Shown here: one piece after another, positions 19,767 through 29,348 of the stretch | Layout of the letters: every line of letters starts with the position of its first letter | Position numbering within the stretch: position 1 is the first letter of the stretch | Origin: Nitrospirota bacterium | GTDB taxonomy: Bacteria; Nitrospirota; UBA9217 | Direction: 5' to 3' | Assembly: GCA_963751455.1 (NCBI GenBank) | Contig: CAVVUN010000008.1 | Span: 224,001 to 288,000 of the forward strand | Length of the DNA: 64,000 nt | Position numbers and translations under genes: made by a program | The notes under the pieces: model-generated | Databases searched by the model: none | Seen by the model: the letters and a program-made list of their open reading frames with translations, nothing else | Told to the model about the DNA's origin: nothing

Positions 19767-21098
19767 ATGGCATTCAAAGTTCTTATAGCAGAAGATGAGG
19801 AGATCACGCTGAAGCATCTGGTGAACGCCCTTCAAAAAGAGGGCTATCAGGCAATCGGAACGCGGAACGGCGCTGATGCGCTCGGGGAAATAGATAAGGA
19901 CAACTTCGATCTTTTGATTGCGGACATAAGAATGCCGGGCATGACCGGCATCGAGCTCCTGGAAAAGATTAAGGAGCGGCAGCTCGAGGCTGAAGTAATC
20001 ATCATCACCGGCTACGGCAGCATCGGTTCGGTAGTCACCGCGATGAAAAAAGGGGCCTATGATTATGTGACCAAGCCCTTCAACCTGGACGAACTCCTCA
20101 TCAAGGTCGGGAAGATCCGTGAGCAGAAGGCCCTCAAAAAGGAGAACCTTGCACTCAAGGCGTTTGCCGGCTTGGACAGGAAAGTCCGGATCATTGCCAA
20201 AAGCGAACCCATGAATAATATCCTTTCGGTCATTGAAGGGATGAAGGACGCCGACTGCAACGTGCTCCTGACCGGGGAAACCGGCGTAGGCAAGAGTCTC
20301 CTGGCGAAGATCATTCACTTTACAAGCCGCCGGCAGGAGCGGCCTTTCTTATCGATCAATTGCGCCACCCTTACCGAAGAGCTGCTGGCCAGCGAACTGT
20401 TCGGACATGAAAAGGGCGCCTTCACCGGCGCCGTAAAGACCAAGCAAGGCCTGGTGGAGATAGCGGATACGGGCACACTGTTTCTGGACGAAATCGCGGA
20501 TATGGCGCCCAATCTGCAAGCCAAGCTGCTCAAGGTGATCGAGGAAGGGGAATTTTACCGGGTCGGCGGAACAAGACCGATTAATGTAGACGTGCGTTTT
20601 CTTGCAGCGACGAACCAGAATGTGCGGACCGTCGTTGCAGAAGGGAGGTTCCGGGAGGACCTCTATTACCGCTTGAACATCATGGAGATATTCATCCCGC
20701 CCCTCCGTGACAGGCGCGACGACATCATTCCGCTCTGCAATTATTTTCTCGAGAAGCACCTCCCGAAGTCGCACAAGAAGATCACCGGGTTTACGAAAGA
20801 TGCCGTGCAGGTTTTAATGCATTACAGCTTCCCGGGAAACGTCCGGGAGCTTGAGAACATCATTGAGCGCGCAATCATCATAGAAAAAGGACCGCTCATA
20901 ACGCCCGAAAGCCTGCCCCAGACGATCAAGATGTTCCAGATAGAGACGATCGAGCCGGACAGGGTGAAGACCATCGACGAACTGAACAGGGAGTATGCCG
21001 AGAAGGTCGTCGACCTGTTCGGGGGAAATAAATCCAAGGCAGCCGAGGTTCTCGGCATATCCAGGACCAGCCTCTGGAGGATTCTGAAAGAGGAATAA
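19767..21098 (+). CDS. sigma54-dependent response regulator
   Basis: [30 protein letters not shown]. Confidence 0.93.
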   Translation: MAFKVLIAEDEEITLKHLVNALQKEGYQAIGTRNGADALGEIDKDNFDLLIADIRMPGMTGIELLEKIKERQLEAEVIIITGYGSIGSVVTAMKKGAYDYVTKPFNLDELLIKVGKIREQKALKKENLALKAFAGLDRKVRIIAKSEPMNNILSVIEGMKDADCNVLLTGETGVGKSLLAKIIHFTSRRQERPFLSINCATLTEELLASELFGHEKGAFTGAVKTKQGLVEIADTGTLFLDEIADMAPNLQAKLLKVIEEGEFYRVGGTRPINVDVRFLAATNQNVRTVVAEGRFREDLYYRLNIMEIFIPPLRDRRDDIIPLCNYFLEKHLPKSHKKITGFTKDAVQVLMHYSFPGNVRELENIIERAIIIEKGPLITPESLPQTIKMFQIETIEPDRVKTIDELNREYAEKVVDLFGGNKSKAAEVLGISRTSLWRILKEE

Positions 21099-21184
21099 AA
21101 CTCTTTTACCACAGAGTCACCGAGGACATTTTACGAATGTTTTTTTTCGCCGTCACGCAAGCTTCCTAATTTTTGGGTAGTGTC

Positions 21185-22021
21185 TCAGTTTGCTTTTTTA
21201 TCGATTAAGTCAACTATATCTTCCATAGTCCAAAGCCGATCGGTTAATTTTGCTTGCATGGCCGGTGTAATACTCAGCGATTTGTGAATCCGAACGAAAT
21301 TATAAAACATGAAATAGAGCGATAATACGTGATAGTGATTTTCCAGTTTCTTTGAAAAGGCGTTCGTCAACCGGGTAAATCGGCGCATACCCATACGCAT
21401 GTTTAAATTTTGCCTTTCTACATGGCTTGTAGATACAGCATTAATGTCAGGATTCCCGGCGATCCTTGTTTTCTCGGCTCCCACATATTTAGACGGGCTA
21501 TACCTTGTTTCTTTTTCAGCTACACTCTTGTATACCTTGACGAGTTGAGCGAAGTCAACATCAGAACCAAAAGCACTCTCTACGGCCTCCAAGTACATTT
21601 TATGGCCATCTGTAGTTAACTGGACACGGTTTTTAAGCCTTGAAGCTACGTCCTTCATGAACATAGTTGCGTTCTCAAGATCACGACTGCCTACATGCCA
21701 GGACACGATCAATTTTGAATCCGCGTCGATTGCTGTGAACGTCCAAACATCTCCATAGCCAAACACGTCTTTTTTATCTTCAGGAACGTTTTTTTCTTTC
21801 GAGTAACAAAAACTCCAAATCTCATCGGCCTGGACGCGCTTAACCGTCAATTCCTTCACATGCTCATTATGATAGACATTACATGCGGTCCCGGCGTCTA
21901 CCAGAAGTTTCGTTACCGTGTTGATCGAAACATCTGCGATCCGTGAGATAGACCGCATAGACGATCCTTCGCAAAGCATGTTTAGTATTTGGACTCGTTT
22001 ATTGATAGGCAGCTTGTTCAT
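21185..22021 (-). CDS. IS1-family DDE transposase
   Basis: N-terminal [39 protein letters not shown]; stop codon lies within the TIR. Confidence 0.9.
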   Translation of the reverse strand: MNKLPINKRVQILNMLCEGSSMRSISRIADVSINTVTKLLVDAGTACNVYHNEHVKELTVKRVQADEIWSFCYSKEKNVPEDKKDVFGYGDVWTFTAIDADSKLIVSWHVGSRDLENATMFMKDVASRLKNRVQLTTDGHKMYLEAVESAFGSDVDFAQLVKVYKSVAEKETRYSPSKYVGAEKTRIAGNPDINAVSTSHVERQNLNMRMGMRRFTRLTNAFSKKLENHYHVLSLYFMFYNFVRIHKSLSITPAMQAKLTDRLWTMEDIVDLIDKKAN

Positions 22022-22125
22022 GATTATATTATATGAACTTTTTGCTTGAGTGTCAAGCATTATTTTCATATTGAAAAAGATCAAAAAAATAGGCTCTTTT
22101 AAACGAAGAGCCTACTCCTAACCAC

Positions 22126-22308
22126 CTAAAATAACATTTTGGCAGCTTTGGCTGTTTTTTGACATTGATTTTCGACTGCCTGCCCCCACTGTGAAGGAGT
22201 AGGAAATCCCATATGCGACACTTTTGGGAAAAATCTCTCCACTCCTTTATCGTTGCGATTCACCAATCGTTTTCTTTTCACTTCAATATGTTTTTTTAAT
22301 TTTCTCAT
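22126..22308 (-). CDS. small basic hypothetical protein (passenger)
   Basis: AAGGAG RBS before MRKLKK; immediately downstream of the protease gene. Confidence 0.4.
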   Translation of the reverse strand: MRKLKKHIEVKRKRLVNRNDKGVERFFPKVSHMGFPTPSQWGQAVENQCQKTAKAAKMLF

Positions 22309-22327
22309 TATGTGCTCCTTCCCCCTA

Positions 22328-23251
22328 CTACTCAAGATTGGGCGGCGGCGGCGCTCCATAGTTGTCTGTTGCAGACTCTATAATCTTTGAGGCTGTTGTA
22401 CTGACAACATAGTTAAGCCTAACGTAAATTTGCCAAATCAGTTTCCATATTTCAGAATTACTGTCATGCAATTTAATATTCAGGTCGCTTTTCTTTGCCA
22501 AATCATAATAGATTGGGCGTCCATGGGATATCGTTTGTTTAGGATCAAGAAAAGGCCTAATTTTTTGTTTGATCTTCTTTTCACTCCTCTTTTTAAGCAT
22601 ACCACTTTTTAGAGATGTTATTGCAATATTTTCTGAGAGTTTTTGAGCTGATTCAATTCCCCTCAAGTCTCGCGCATCATAACGCGCTAATTGCTGTAAA
22701 TACGGTTCTAGATTCCCCGTGGATTTATTCGCCTTACGAACTAATTCATCGTAACTTTCAAGAATTTCATGTGCAGCCTGATATCTGATCGGTCTTCCCC
22801 GATCATCACGTATTAAAATTTGAGGATCGATAGGACCAAGTTCGGAAGTTTTACTCATCCATATTTCATTCGCTCCCAAGCAAATCATCGTTGCGGCGGA
22901 TTTTGCCATTTTGGGAACAACTACAGTAAATTCATTATTGCTATAACTTCTGCAAATATTAACAACTCGTTCAGCGGCTAAAGCATCTCCTCCAGGACAG
23001 TTTAAAATCAAAACTAATTTTTTACCGTTCAGCGCTGTGTTGCTTAATACTTCTTCAAGCATATCAGCGTCCGTGTCTTCAAGAAGAACGGGAAAAGAAA
23101 AAGACGTGAAAAAAGAAACAATTTTATAATCTTTCAAAAAATTTTCTTCTAACTGTTTGTAAAGATCCTGCCGGGTGTTGTGCCTTTGGTGTACTTCATC
23201 TGCGATATGAGATAACGTATTCAGTCTTGTTTCTTTTGCATGGGTAAGCAT
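22328..23251 (-). CDS. SDH-family ClpP-fold serine protease (passenger)
   Basis: LNCPGGD, AKSAATMICLGA (Ser), LGPIDPQ (Asp), SHGRPI (His). Confidence 0.85.
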   Translation of the reverse strand: MLTHAKETRLNTLSHIADEVHQRHNTRQDLYKQLEENFLKDYKIVSFFTSFSFPVLLEDTDADMLEEVLSNTALNGKKLVLILNCPGGDALAAERVVNICRSYSNNEFTVVVPKMAKSAATMICLGANEIWMSKTSELGPIDPQILIRDDRGRPIRYQAAHEILESYDELVRKANKSTGNLEPYLQQLARYDARDLRGIESAQKLSENIAITSLKSGMLKKRSEKKIKQKIRPFLDPKQTISHGRPIYYDLAKKSDLNIKLHDSNSEIWKLIWQIYVRLNYVVSTTASKIIESATDNYGAPPPPNLE

Positions 23252-23298
23252 AAAGTATTATATCATGTTTCTTGTTGATAAGTAAACAGGAAAGATCG

Positions 23299-23523
23299 TC
23301 ATTTTCTCCACCGTGCCTTCGCCGCTTTTTTTGCTATCTCTTTCCGCTTTTTTGCAGGTAGTTTTTCTGCTCTAGCTCTTCCGCCTTTAAGCCCTCCCTG
23401 TCGGGAGAGCGTCTTGGTTTCGTCAACCTTCTCTTCAATCTCACCAGTTGCTATCTTGGCGATCTTGATTGCGGCCCCTATGACATCAGCGGGCCTCTTC
23501 TGTCCTTGCGGTCCTTTTGGCAT
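23299..23523 (-). CDS. small Lys/Arg-rich nucleic-acid-binding protein (passenger)
   Basis: MPKGPQGQKRPADVIGAA...GGLKGGRARA...IAKKAAKARW. Confidence 0.75.
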   Translation of the reverse strand: MPKGPQGQKRPADVIGAAIKIAKIATGEIEEKVDETKTLSRQGGLKGGRARAEKLPAKKRKEIAKKAAKARWRK

Positions 23524-23837
23524 GAATCCATAATAGCATGATTCGGGCTTTTGCTCAACGGGGAAAATTTTCAAACTGAGACACTACCAATTTTTGCCCT
23601 TCGCAGCTTCTCACTCGTTCCATATTGAAACATGCTTCCTTGAAATATATATCTTCTCTTTTCCTTCCTATTGTTTTGATCACAGCATTTTCGAGTCGAT
23701 GAATACTGGTTAAAATTGTGTCCCGTCCGCTTGCACTTCTTCTCTTGATTTCCCATGTGTTCAAGGCCGTTCAAACCTGAAACAGCACTGATTTACTCCT
23801 TTTTAAAAATAGACTGTAAAAACGGTAGTTTGCCATT

Positions 23838-23852
23838 TGGCATATGCAATGC
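23838..23852 (+). promoter_or_regulatory. sigma54 -24/-12 promoter
   Basis: TGGCAT-ATGCA-ATGC about 40 bp upstream of the 23893 start. Confidence 0.6.
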
Positions 23853-23892
23853 AGTATTGATCATTAGATTTAAGTTTTTTGGAGGTCATTTT

Positions 23893-24390
23893 ATGGGAAA
23901 GAGGCAATTGTTGTTCGTCACGTATCGGGATGAAAATCTGGAAGAAGGCGTATCTTACGCAATCGAACTCGCAAAAGCCATGTATGAGGACATAACTTTG
24001 CTCCTCGTCAGAAAGAAAAGCAAGCTCATGGACAAGCTGGAGAACCTTATGACAGCCGTCACCTTTGCGGAGGCAGATGAGCATGACACTGCGCGGCAGA
24101 TCATGGCCGGGTCTCCGGGCGCAGCCGAAGAGTCCCAAAAAAAGATCGAGAAACTGGTACAAAAATGCGCCAACGAAGGCATCGCGGTGAAGGTAGAAGA
24201 CTCTGACCAGGAAGCGGTCTCGGGCATTCGTTCCTATCTGAAGAACCGCACAGGGATCGACAAGGTGGTTCTGAGTCCCGCGATTACCGAGGCCGGCAAT
24301 GTTACGGCTAAAGACCTGAACCGGCTCGTTCGGACCGCGTCGCGGCCGATAGTGACCATGACACGCCAGGCATCTGCGGTCGGAGCATAG
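23893..24390 (+). CDS. USP-like protein with internal FAExxE motif
   Basis: GGAGG RBS; KLENLMTAVTFAEADEHDTARQIM inside a USP-like fold ending RPIVT. Confidence 0.8.
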   Translation: MGKRQLLFVTYRDENLEEGVSYAIELAKAMYEDITLLLVRKKSKLMDKLENLMTAVTFAEADEHDTARQIMAGSPGAAEESQKKIEKLVQKCANEGIAVKVEDSDQEAVSGIRSYLKNRTGIDKVVLSPAITEAGNVTAKDLNRLVRTASRPIVTMTRQASAVGA

Positions 24391-24493
24391 CAAAAGCCTG
24401 AATCGGTGTTGTTCCAGGTTCAGGGTTCCTGTTTCACCGGGTACCTGAGGACCCGGGGCAGCCGAAAAAATCCAATCAAAAGGAGCGAGAGTG

Positions 24494-25420
24494 ATGTACT
24501 TGTATTTACCCGTAGCATTGACCAGCATCAACATCCTGATCCCGGTGGGGCTCGGGCTTGCCGTGGGCCTGCTTTCCGGCCTCTTCGGCGTGGGCGGTGG
24601 TTTTCTTTTGACCCCGCTTCTCATCATGTTCGGCATTCCATCCACAGTGGCGGCGGCAACGGATTCGAACCAGATAGTTGCCGCGTCCACCTCGGGCACC
24701 TATGCCCATTGGAAGGTCGGCAACGTGGACTTTAAGATGGGAATATATCTTCTCGTCGGCGGTTTCATCGGCGGCATCGTGGGTGTCCAGGCAATCAAGC
24801 TGCTCCATGCCATGGGCAACGCCGACTTCGTTATTAAAATGACCTATGTGCTCATGCTGGGCATCGTCGGCGTGTATATGTTCATCGAGAGCCTGCAGAG
24901 CATGCGCAAGAAAAAGGACGGTGCGGATCAGGATGTGAAACCGGAAAAGGAGTCGGCAGTAGGAAAATTTCTGAAGTCCCTGCCTCTCCAGACCCGTTTC
25001 GAGAAATCCGGCGTCTCACATTCCATACTGGTGCCAATCGTCCTGGGCGCTTTCGTGGGCGTGCTTGCCGCCATCATGGGAGTGGGCGGAGGGTTCCTGA
25101 TGGTCCCGGTGATGGTCTACATGCTCAGGATGCCGATGCACGTCGTGGTCGGCACCAGCCTGTTCCAGATCCTGTTCACCTGCATCGAGGTTACGTTCCT
25201 GCAGGCCTATACGAACCATAGCGTCGACTTTCTTCTTGCCGTGCTCCTTCTGATCGGATCGACCTTCGGGGCGCAGGTCGGCACGGTGCTGGGAAGAAAA
25301 CTCAAGGGAGAACAGCTTAAGATCCTTCTCGCAGGGATCGTGCTCGTCGTAACGGTCAAGATTGTATTCGAGCTGACGCTTACCCCGCCGCTGCTTCTCT
25401 CGCAAGTAGGAGGACATTAA
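24494..25420 (+). CDS. sulfite exporter TauE/SafE family transporter
   Basis: GLFGVGGGFLLTP and AIMGVGGGFLMVP motifs. Confidence 0.92.
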   Translation: MYLYLPVALTSINILIPVGLGLAVGLLSGLFGVGGGFLLTPLLIMFGIPSTVAAATDSNQIVAASTSGTYAHWKVGNVDFKMGIYLLVGGFIGGIVGVQAIKLLHAMGNADFVIKMTYVLMLGIVGVYMFIESLQSMRKKKDGADQDVKPEKESAVGKFLKSLPLQTRFEKSGVSHSILVPIVLGAFVGVLAAIMGVGGGFLMVPVMVYMLRMPMHVVVGTSLFQILFTCIEVTFLQAYTNHSVDFLLAVLLLIGSTFGAQVGTVLGRKLKGEQLKILLAGIVLVVTVKIVFELTLTPPLLLSQVGGH

Positions 25421-26229
25421 TGAAGACGAAATTCAGCATTCAATATTCAATATTTAAAATTGGGTTGTTTCTTTTTCTTGAATTTTTAATTTTGAATTTT
25501 CAATTCGCCGGTACGGCGTCTGCAATGCTTACTGCGAAAGCCAATCATGATCACATCACCATCGATTTCTTCTATCACGGAAGCAGCGTGAGTATCAAGG
25601 GAGAATCTGACGCTAATGTTGATCTGGTCATCAAAATAACTTCTCCTGAAGGGCATCAGGTCCTGAAGCAGAAAGGCAAGGTTGCAGGTGCGCTGTGGAT
25701 GAATGTCGGGCAGCTCAAATTCGAGAACACCCCGAATTTCTACGGCTTGTACAGCACAAAAAAGATTGAAGATATCCTCACGCCGGAAGAAATGACCCGC
25801 TTCGTGATCGGATATCCCGCGCTCGAAAAGCATGTGGAGATATCTCCGGTCGCAAATGAGCAGGAGAGGGCAAAGTGGTTCGAGGAGTTCGTCAAGTTCA
25901 AGGAAGCCCAGAAGGTGTACGCCTACTCCCCGGGAACGATATCTACTACAACAAAGGCCGATGGCGGGCAAGAATATTATATTATGACTGCCTGGCCTTA
26001 CCAGGCCGCTCCCGGTGATTACCTGGTTTCGGTTTATGCGGTAAAGGACGGTAAGGTCGTGGAACAGGCCGAAGCAAAGGTGAATGTAGAGCAGGTAGGG
26101 CTTGTTAAAACACTCTCGACCCTGGCCAGAAACAACGCTGCCTTCTACGGTATCCTGTCTATCGGCATCGCGCTCTTCGCGGGTTTCGGCGTTGGGCTGG
26201 TGTTCGGAAAAGGTGGAGGTTCGCACTAA
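25420..26229 (+). CDS. TIGR02186-like membrane-anchored partner of TauE/SafE
   Basis: Signal peptide, ITIDFFYHG, KGKVAGALWMN, APGDY, C-terminal TM; TAATG coupling on both sides. Confidence 0.8.
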   Translation: MKTKFSIQYSIFKIGLFLFLEFLILNFQFAGTASAMLTAKANHDHITIDFFYHGSSVSIKGESDANVDLVIKITSPEGHQVLKQKGKVAGALWMNVGQLKFENTPNFYGLYSTKKIEDILTPEEMTRFVIGYPALEKHVEISPVANEQERAKWFEEFVKFKEAQKVYAYSPGTISTTTKADGGQEYYIMTAWPYQAAPGDYLVSVYAVKDGKVVEQAEAKVNVEQVGLVKTLSTLARNNAAFYGILSIGIALFAGFGVGLVFGKGGGSH

Positions 26230-27083
26230 TGTATAAATCGATCGTTGTCGGATATGATGAATCGCTCTCGAGCAAGGCAGCCCTCAGAGAGGCCTCGCTC
26301 CGTATCAAGAAGCACGGGGGCGGCATAGTGCTGGTGCACGCCGTATTTTTTGATCAGGAAGAGTTTGCAATTCTGCCTTCGCAAATGGAAAAACGGTTCG
26401 AGTTCGGGACAAAGGTATGCGTCGAGGCAAAGAAGAACGTCGCGCAGGAGTTCGGCAGCGTCGAATCGTATGTCTGTGAAGGCGAGCCGCCCGAAGTGAT
26501 CGTTGAAACGGCAGAGGGGAAGAAGGCGGACCTGATCGCCTTGGGGACCTACGGCAGGAAGGGACTCAAGCGTCTCCTTATGGGCAGTGTCACGTCCCAG
26601 GTGATCCTCAATGCTCCGTGCGACGTTCTTGTCGTGAAAAAGGAGTGTACTACCTGCGGCGGTTCCTATGTATCGCTCCTCGTCCCTTTTGACGGATCGG
26701 ACGCCAGCAAAAAAGCGCTCGTGCGGGCGTGTGAGCTGTCAAAAAGCGACGGATCGGAGATATCGGTCCTGTACGTTATCCCCCGCTATGAAGAAATGAT
26801 GGACTTCTTCAAGACCGAAATGATAAAGAAAAGCCTCTACGAAGAGGCCGGAAAGATTGCCGAGCAGGCCAAGCAGATAGGCGAGGGACAGGGCGTTCGG
26901 ATCAAGGCGATCGTGCAGGAAGGCCACGCAAGCGACAAGATCCTGGAGATCGCCGACAAGTTCAAGAACGACCTCATCGTCATGGGCACCTATGGATGGC
27001 GCGGCATGGACAAGGCGATGATGGGGAGCACTGCAGAGCGGGTAATCGCCCATGGCACGTGCCCGATATTGATTGTGAAATAG
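26229..27083 (+). CDS. tandem-domain universal stress protein
   Basis: IVVGYD, ALGTYGRKG..MGSVT, VMGTYGWRG..MGSTA. Confidence 0.92.
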   Translation: MYKSIVVGYDESLSSKAALREASLRIKKHGGGIVLVHAVFFDQEEFAILPSQMEKRFEFGTKVCVEAKKNVAQEFGSVESYVCEGEPPEVIVETAEGKKADLIALGTYGRKGLKRLLMGSVTSQVILNAPCDVLVVKKECTTCGGSYVSLLVPFDGSDASKKALVRACELSKSDGSEISVLYVIPRYEEMMDFFKTEMIKKSLYEEAGKIAEQAKQIGEGQGVRIKAIVQEGHASDKILEIADKFKNDLIVMGTYGWRGMDKAMMGSTAERVIAHGTCPILIVK

Positions 27084-27194
27084 TCCTTAATCAGATGTTA
27101 GCCGCAGATTTCGCAGATGACGCAGATTTTTATTTAAAACATAAGCAAAAAGCGGCGAAATCTGCGTAATATGCGGATAGTGAGGGGCAGCGAC

Positions 27195-27617
27195 ATGAAG
27201 GGTTATAGAAAAGTGCTTATTGCATTGAACGGAAACAAAGGGGTCCTCGAACAGGGCATCAAACTTGCGCGGGACGAGAAAACCTGGATCACGGTTGTTA
27301 AAGTCATACGGCCTTTCGACGGAGACCTGAACCTGACGGGCATCAAGAACCTGAGCGACGTGCTTGACGACGGCGGCAATCGGGCTGTTCTGGACATCAA
27401 CAGGACAGCCGAAGCTGAAGGTGCCCTCGTTAAGACCCGCGTTGAGCAGGGTGATGTCCCGCAACGGATTATCGAGGTCGCCGAAGAAGAACAGTGCGAT
27501 CTGATTATTATGGGCTCCAAAAAGAAGAAGGGCATCCTGAGCAGATTGTTCGGAGACCATATTGTGGAAAAGGTCATAGATCAGGCCACATGCCCGGTAT
27601 ATATAGTTGCTCTCTAA
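27195..27617 (+). CDS. universal stress protein
   Basis: YRKVLIALNG, DLIIMGS, CPVYIV; GAGGGG RBS. Confidence 0.9.
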   Translation: MKGYRKVLIALNGNKGVLEQGIKLARDEKTWITVVKVIRPFDGDLNLTGIKNLSDVLDDGGNRAVLDINRTAEAEGALVKTRVEQGDVPQRIIEVAEEEQCDLIIMGSKKKKGILSRLFGDHIVEKVIDQATCPVYIVAL

Positions 27618-27808
27618 CCATCTTAAATCAAACCTCCCTATTAAAGGGAGCCCTCCCGGTCAACCGCACGGCATAAAACTACTAACTTTAATTATCTTCT
27701 TAAAAACCTGAAGTTCTGATTCCAACTGCAGTAATATCTTGCGCCCCGGGTGCAGTAAATAAACCGCACTCCTCCTTCTAGCGTCTTGAAAATTAAGGCT
27801 GCATGCTC

Positions 27809-27823
27809 TGGCATGGCCCGTGC
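27809..27823 (+). promoter_or_regulatory. sigma54 -24/-12 promoter
   Basis: TGGCAT-GGCCC-GTGC upstream of 27877. Confidence 0.6.
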
Positions 27824-27876
27824 AATAGAGGCGACTAGAAAGCAAAACAAATTCAATCCAAAAGGGAGGCACTACT

Positions 27877-28305
27877 ATGAAGATCATGGTTGCGTATGAC
27901 GGCACATTGCAGTCGAAGGAAGCTCTGGTGTACGGAATCGAGAAGGCGCATGAAAAAGGCGGCGAGGTCGTTGCGCTGCATGTATTAAACACCAACATGT
28001 TTATAGACTATGATGTTATGGATGCGGAAACCACGGCACGTAGCGAAGCCGGGCGGTTCGTTGAAGAAGCAAAAGCCTTGATCCGCGAGAAGGGAAAAGG
28101 CGTAAAAGCGAGCTTGTTCAGTACTGAGGGAAATCCTGAAGAGGAAATCGTAAGCTTTGCGAAGGACAAAAAAGCGGATATACTGCTTTGCCCGCCTAGA
28201 TTCAAGGGAATCATCAATAAATACCGGAAAGCATTGGGTGCGTCGGAGCTTGCCCGCGAGGCGGCAAAAATGGACCTCGCTGTGCTGTCGACGAAGACGA
28301 TGTAA
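27877..28305 (+). CDS. universal stress protein (degenerate C-terminus)
   Basis: MKIMVAYDGT, VALHVL, EGNPEEEIV; GGAGG RBS. Confidence 0.88.
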   Translation: MKIMVAYDGTLQSKEALVYGIEKAHEKGGEVVALHVLNTNMFIDYDVMDAETTARSEAGRFVEEAKALIREKGKGVKASLFSTEGNPEEEIVSFAKDKKADILLCPPRFKGIINKYRKALGASELAREAAKMDLAVLSTKTM

Positions 28306-28443
28306 TAAAGAAGACTGACCACAAACAGCAGCCAGCCATGGATGAACATGCGGAAGATGAACAACTTCAAACCGGTAGAGAAGCAAAAATGTTCTACTGC
28401 GTTTTTGCGGGCTGATCTGTAATACGATAAATGGAGAACAGCT

Positions 28444-28647
28444 ATGGAATTCGAGCATGCATTTCAACAATCAGGTTTTTTTGTCGCGCTTCAGCTGATG
28501 ATCGTCGGGTCGTTGCTTGCGCCCGCCGTGCTTGGAGGGACGGTGTTGTTGCAGCGATTCGTCAGGATCGCAGCTTCCTCTGTCGTAAGCTTCGGTCCGA
28601 TGGCGATCCTTCTCTATATGCTGTACCGGGTCTCACAGCTGAGTTGA
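28444..28647 (+). CDS. small membrane protein
   Basis: GGAG RBS, two hydrophobic stretches. Confidence 0.45.
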   Translation: MEFEHAFQQSGFFVALQLMIVGSLLAPAVLGGTVLLQRFVRIAASSVVSFGPMAILLYMLYRVSQLS

Positions 28648-28746
28648 CACTGTCTCCCTCAGGCTGGGTTGCTGCGGGATGTCGCGCTATTCCAGTCCCG
28701 ACATATTGTGCGCTGGAGGGCTCCGCCGGAGCATAAGACGGGTTGT

Positions 28747-28953
28747 TTAAGGTTCGAATTTAGTGAAATCGATCTCGAAGAACGCGCTGCGCTTCTTCGG
28801 GATCTCCTTTTTGCGCACAGGGGCATGGATTGATTTCCATATCGTGCGTAATCGCTGATATGCCGGCAAAGCATGGTCAGTAACCATGAACGTTACCAGA
28901 ACCTGGGCGAGCAGCATATTTCTAATTACGATGGATACATCTGCTTCAAGCAT
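28747..28953 (-). CDS. small hypothetical protein (68 aa)
   Basis: AGGAGG 7 nt before ATG (MLEADVSIV...EIDFTKFEP); directly downstream of the FAE peptide gene. Confidence 0.5.
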   Translation of the reverse strand: MLEADVSIVIRNMLLAQVLVTFMVTDHALPAYQRLRTIWKSIHAPVRKKEIPKKRSAFFEIDFTKFEP

Positions 28954-28975
28954 CCGGGGCCTCCTGGCTTCGAGT

Positions 28976-29113
28976 TTATACCTGCTGCATTCGAACCGAA
29001 GTCCCGGAATGGAGTCGCCGTACACTGTAAACGGCAAGCGTTCCATATTCACCGGCTTCAGCAAATGCAACGGTAACCCAGACATCTTCGAACATCATCA
29101 TAAGTTTTTGCAT
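28976..29113 (-). CDS. small FAExGE-motif protein, 45 aa
   Basis: GGAGG RBS; MQKLMMMFEDVWVTVAFAEAGEYGTL...; perfect sigma54 promoter upstream. Confidence 0.72.
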   Translation of the reverse strand: MQKLMMMFEDVWVTVAFAEAGEYGTLAVYSVRRLHSGTSVRMQQV

Positions 29114-29154
29114 ATGGCCTCCATAGAACGATTTAGATTTCATAGACAAATAGA

Positions 29155-29169
29155 GCAACCAGTGTGCCA
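29155..29169 (-). promoter_or_regulatory. sigma54 -24/-12 promoter
   Basis: Minus strand TGGCAC-ACTGG-TTGC, full consensus. Confidence 0.8.
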
Positions 29170-29348
29170 AACTATAATTAGCTGAAATATAAGAGGATAA
29201 ATTAAATATAAAAATCGTTGGTGCAATTATTTAGCGCACATCAGGCGCTGTGTAAAAAGCGCAGAGCACGGATTAAACAGAAATATTAAACGATAACGGG
29301 TGCAACAAAATAGTGCTGAACCATTGTTGTTGCAGTAGGGAGAAAACT

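Larger units (their letters stand above)
21176..23588 (-). mobile_element. IS1-family element carrying passenger genes (transporter IS), 2413 bp
   Basis: Perfect 17-bp TIR GGTAGTGTCTCAGTTTG / CAAACTGAGACACTACC; 8-bp target duplication AATTTTTG (21168-21175, 23589-23596); AT-rich interior. Confidence 0.92.
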
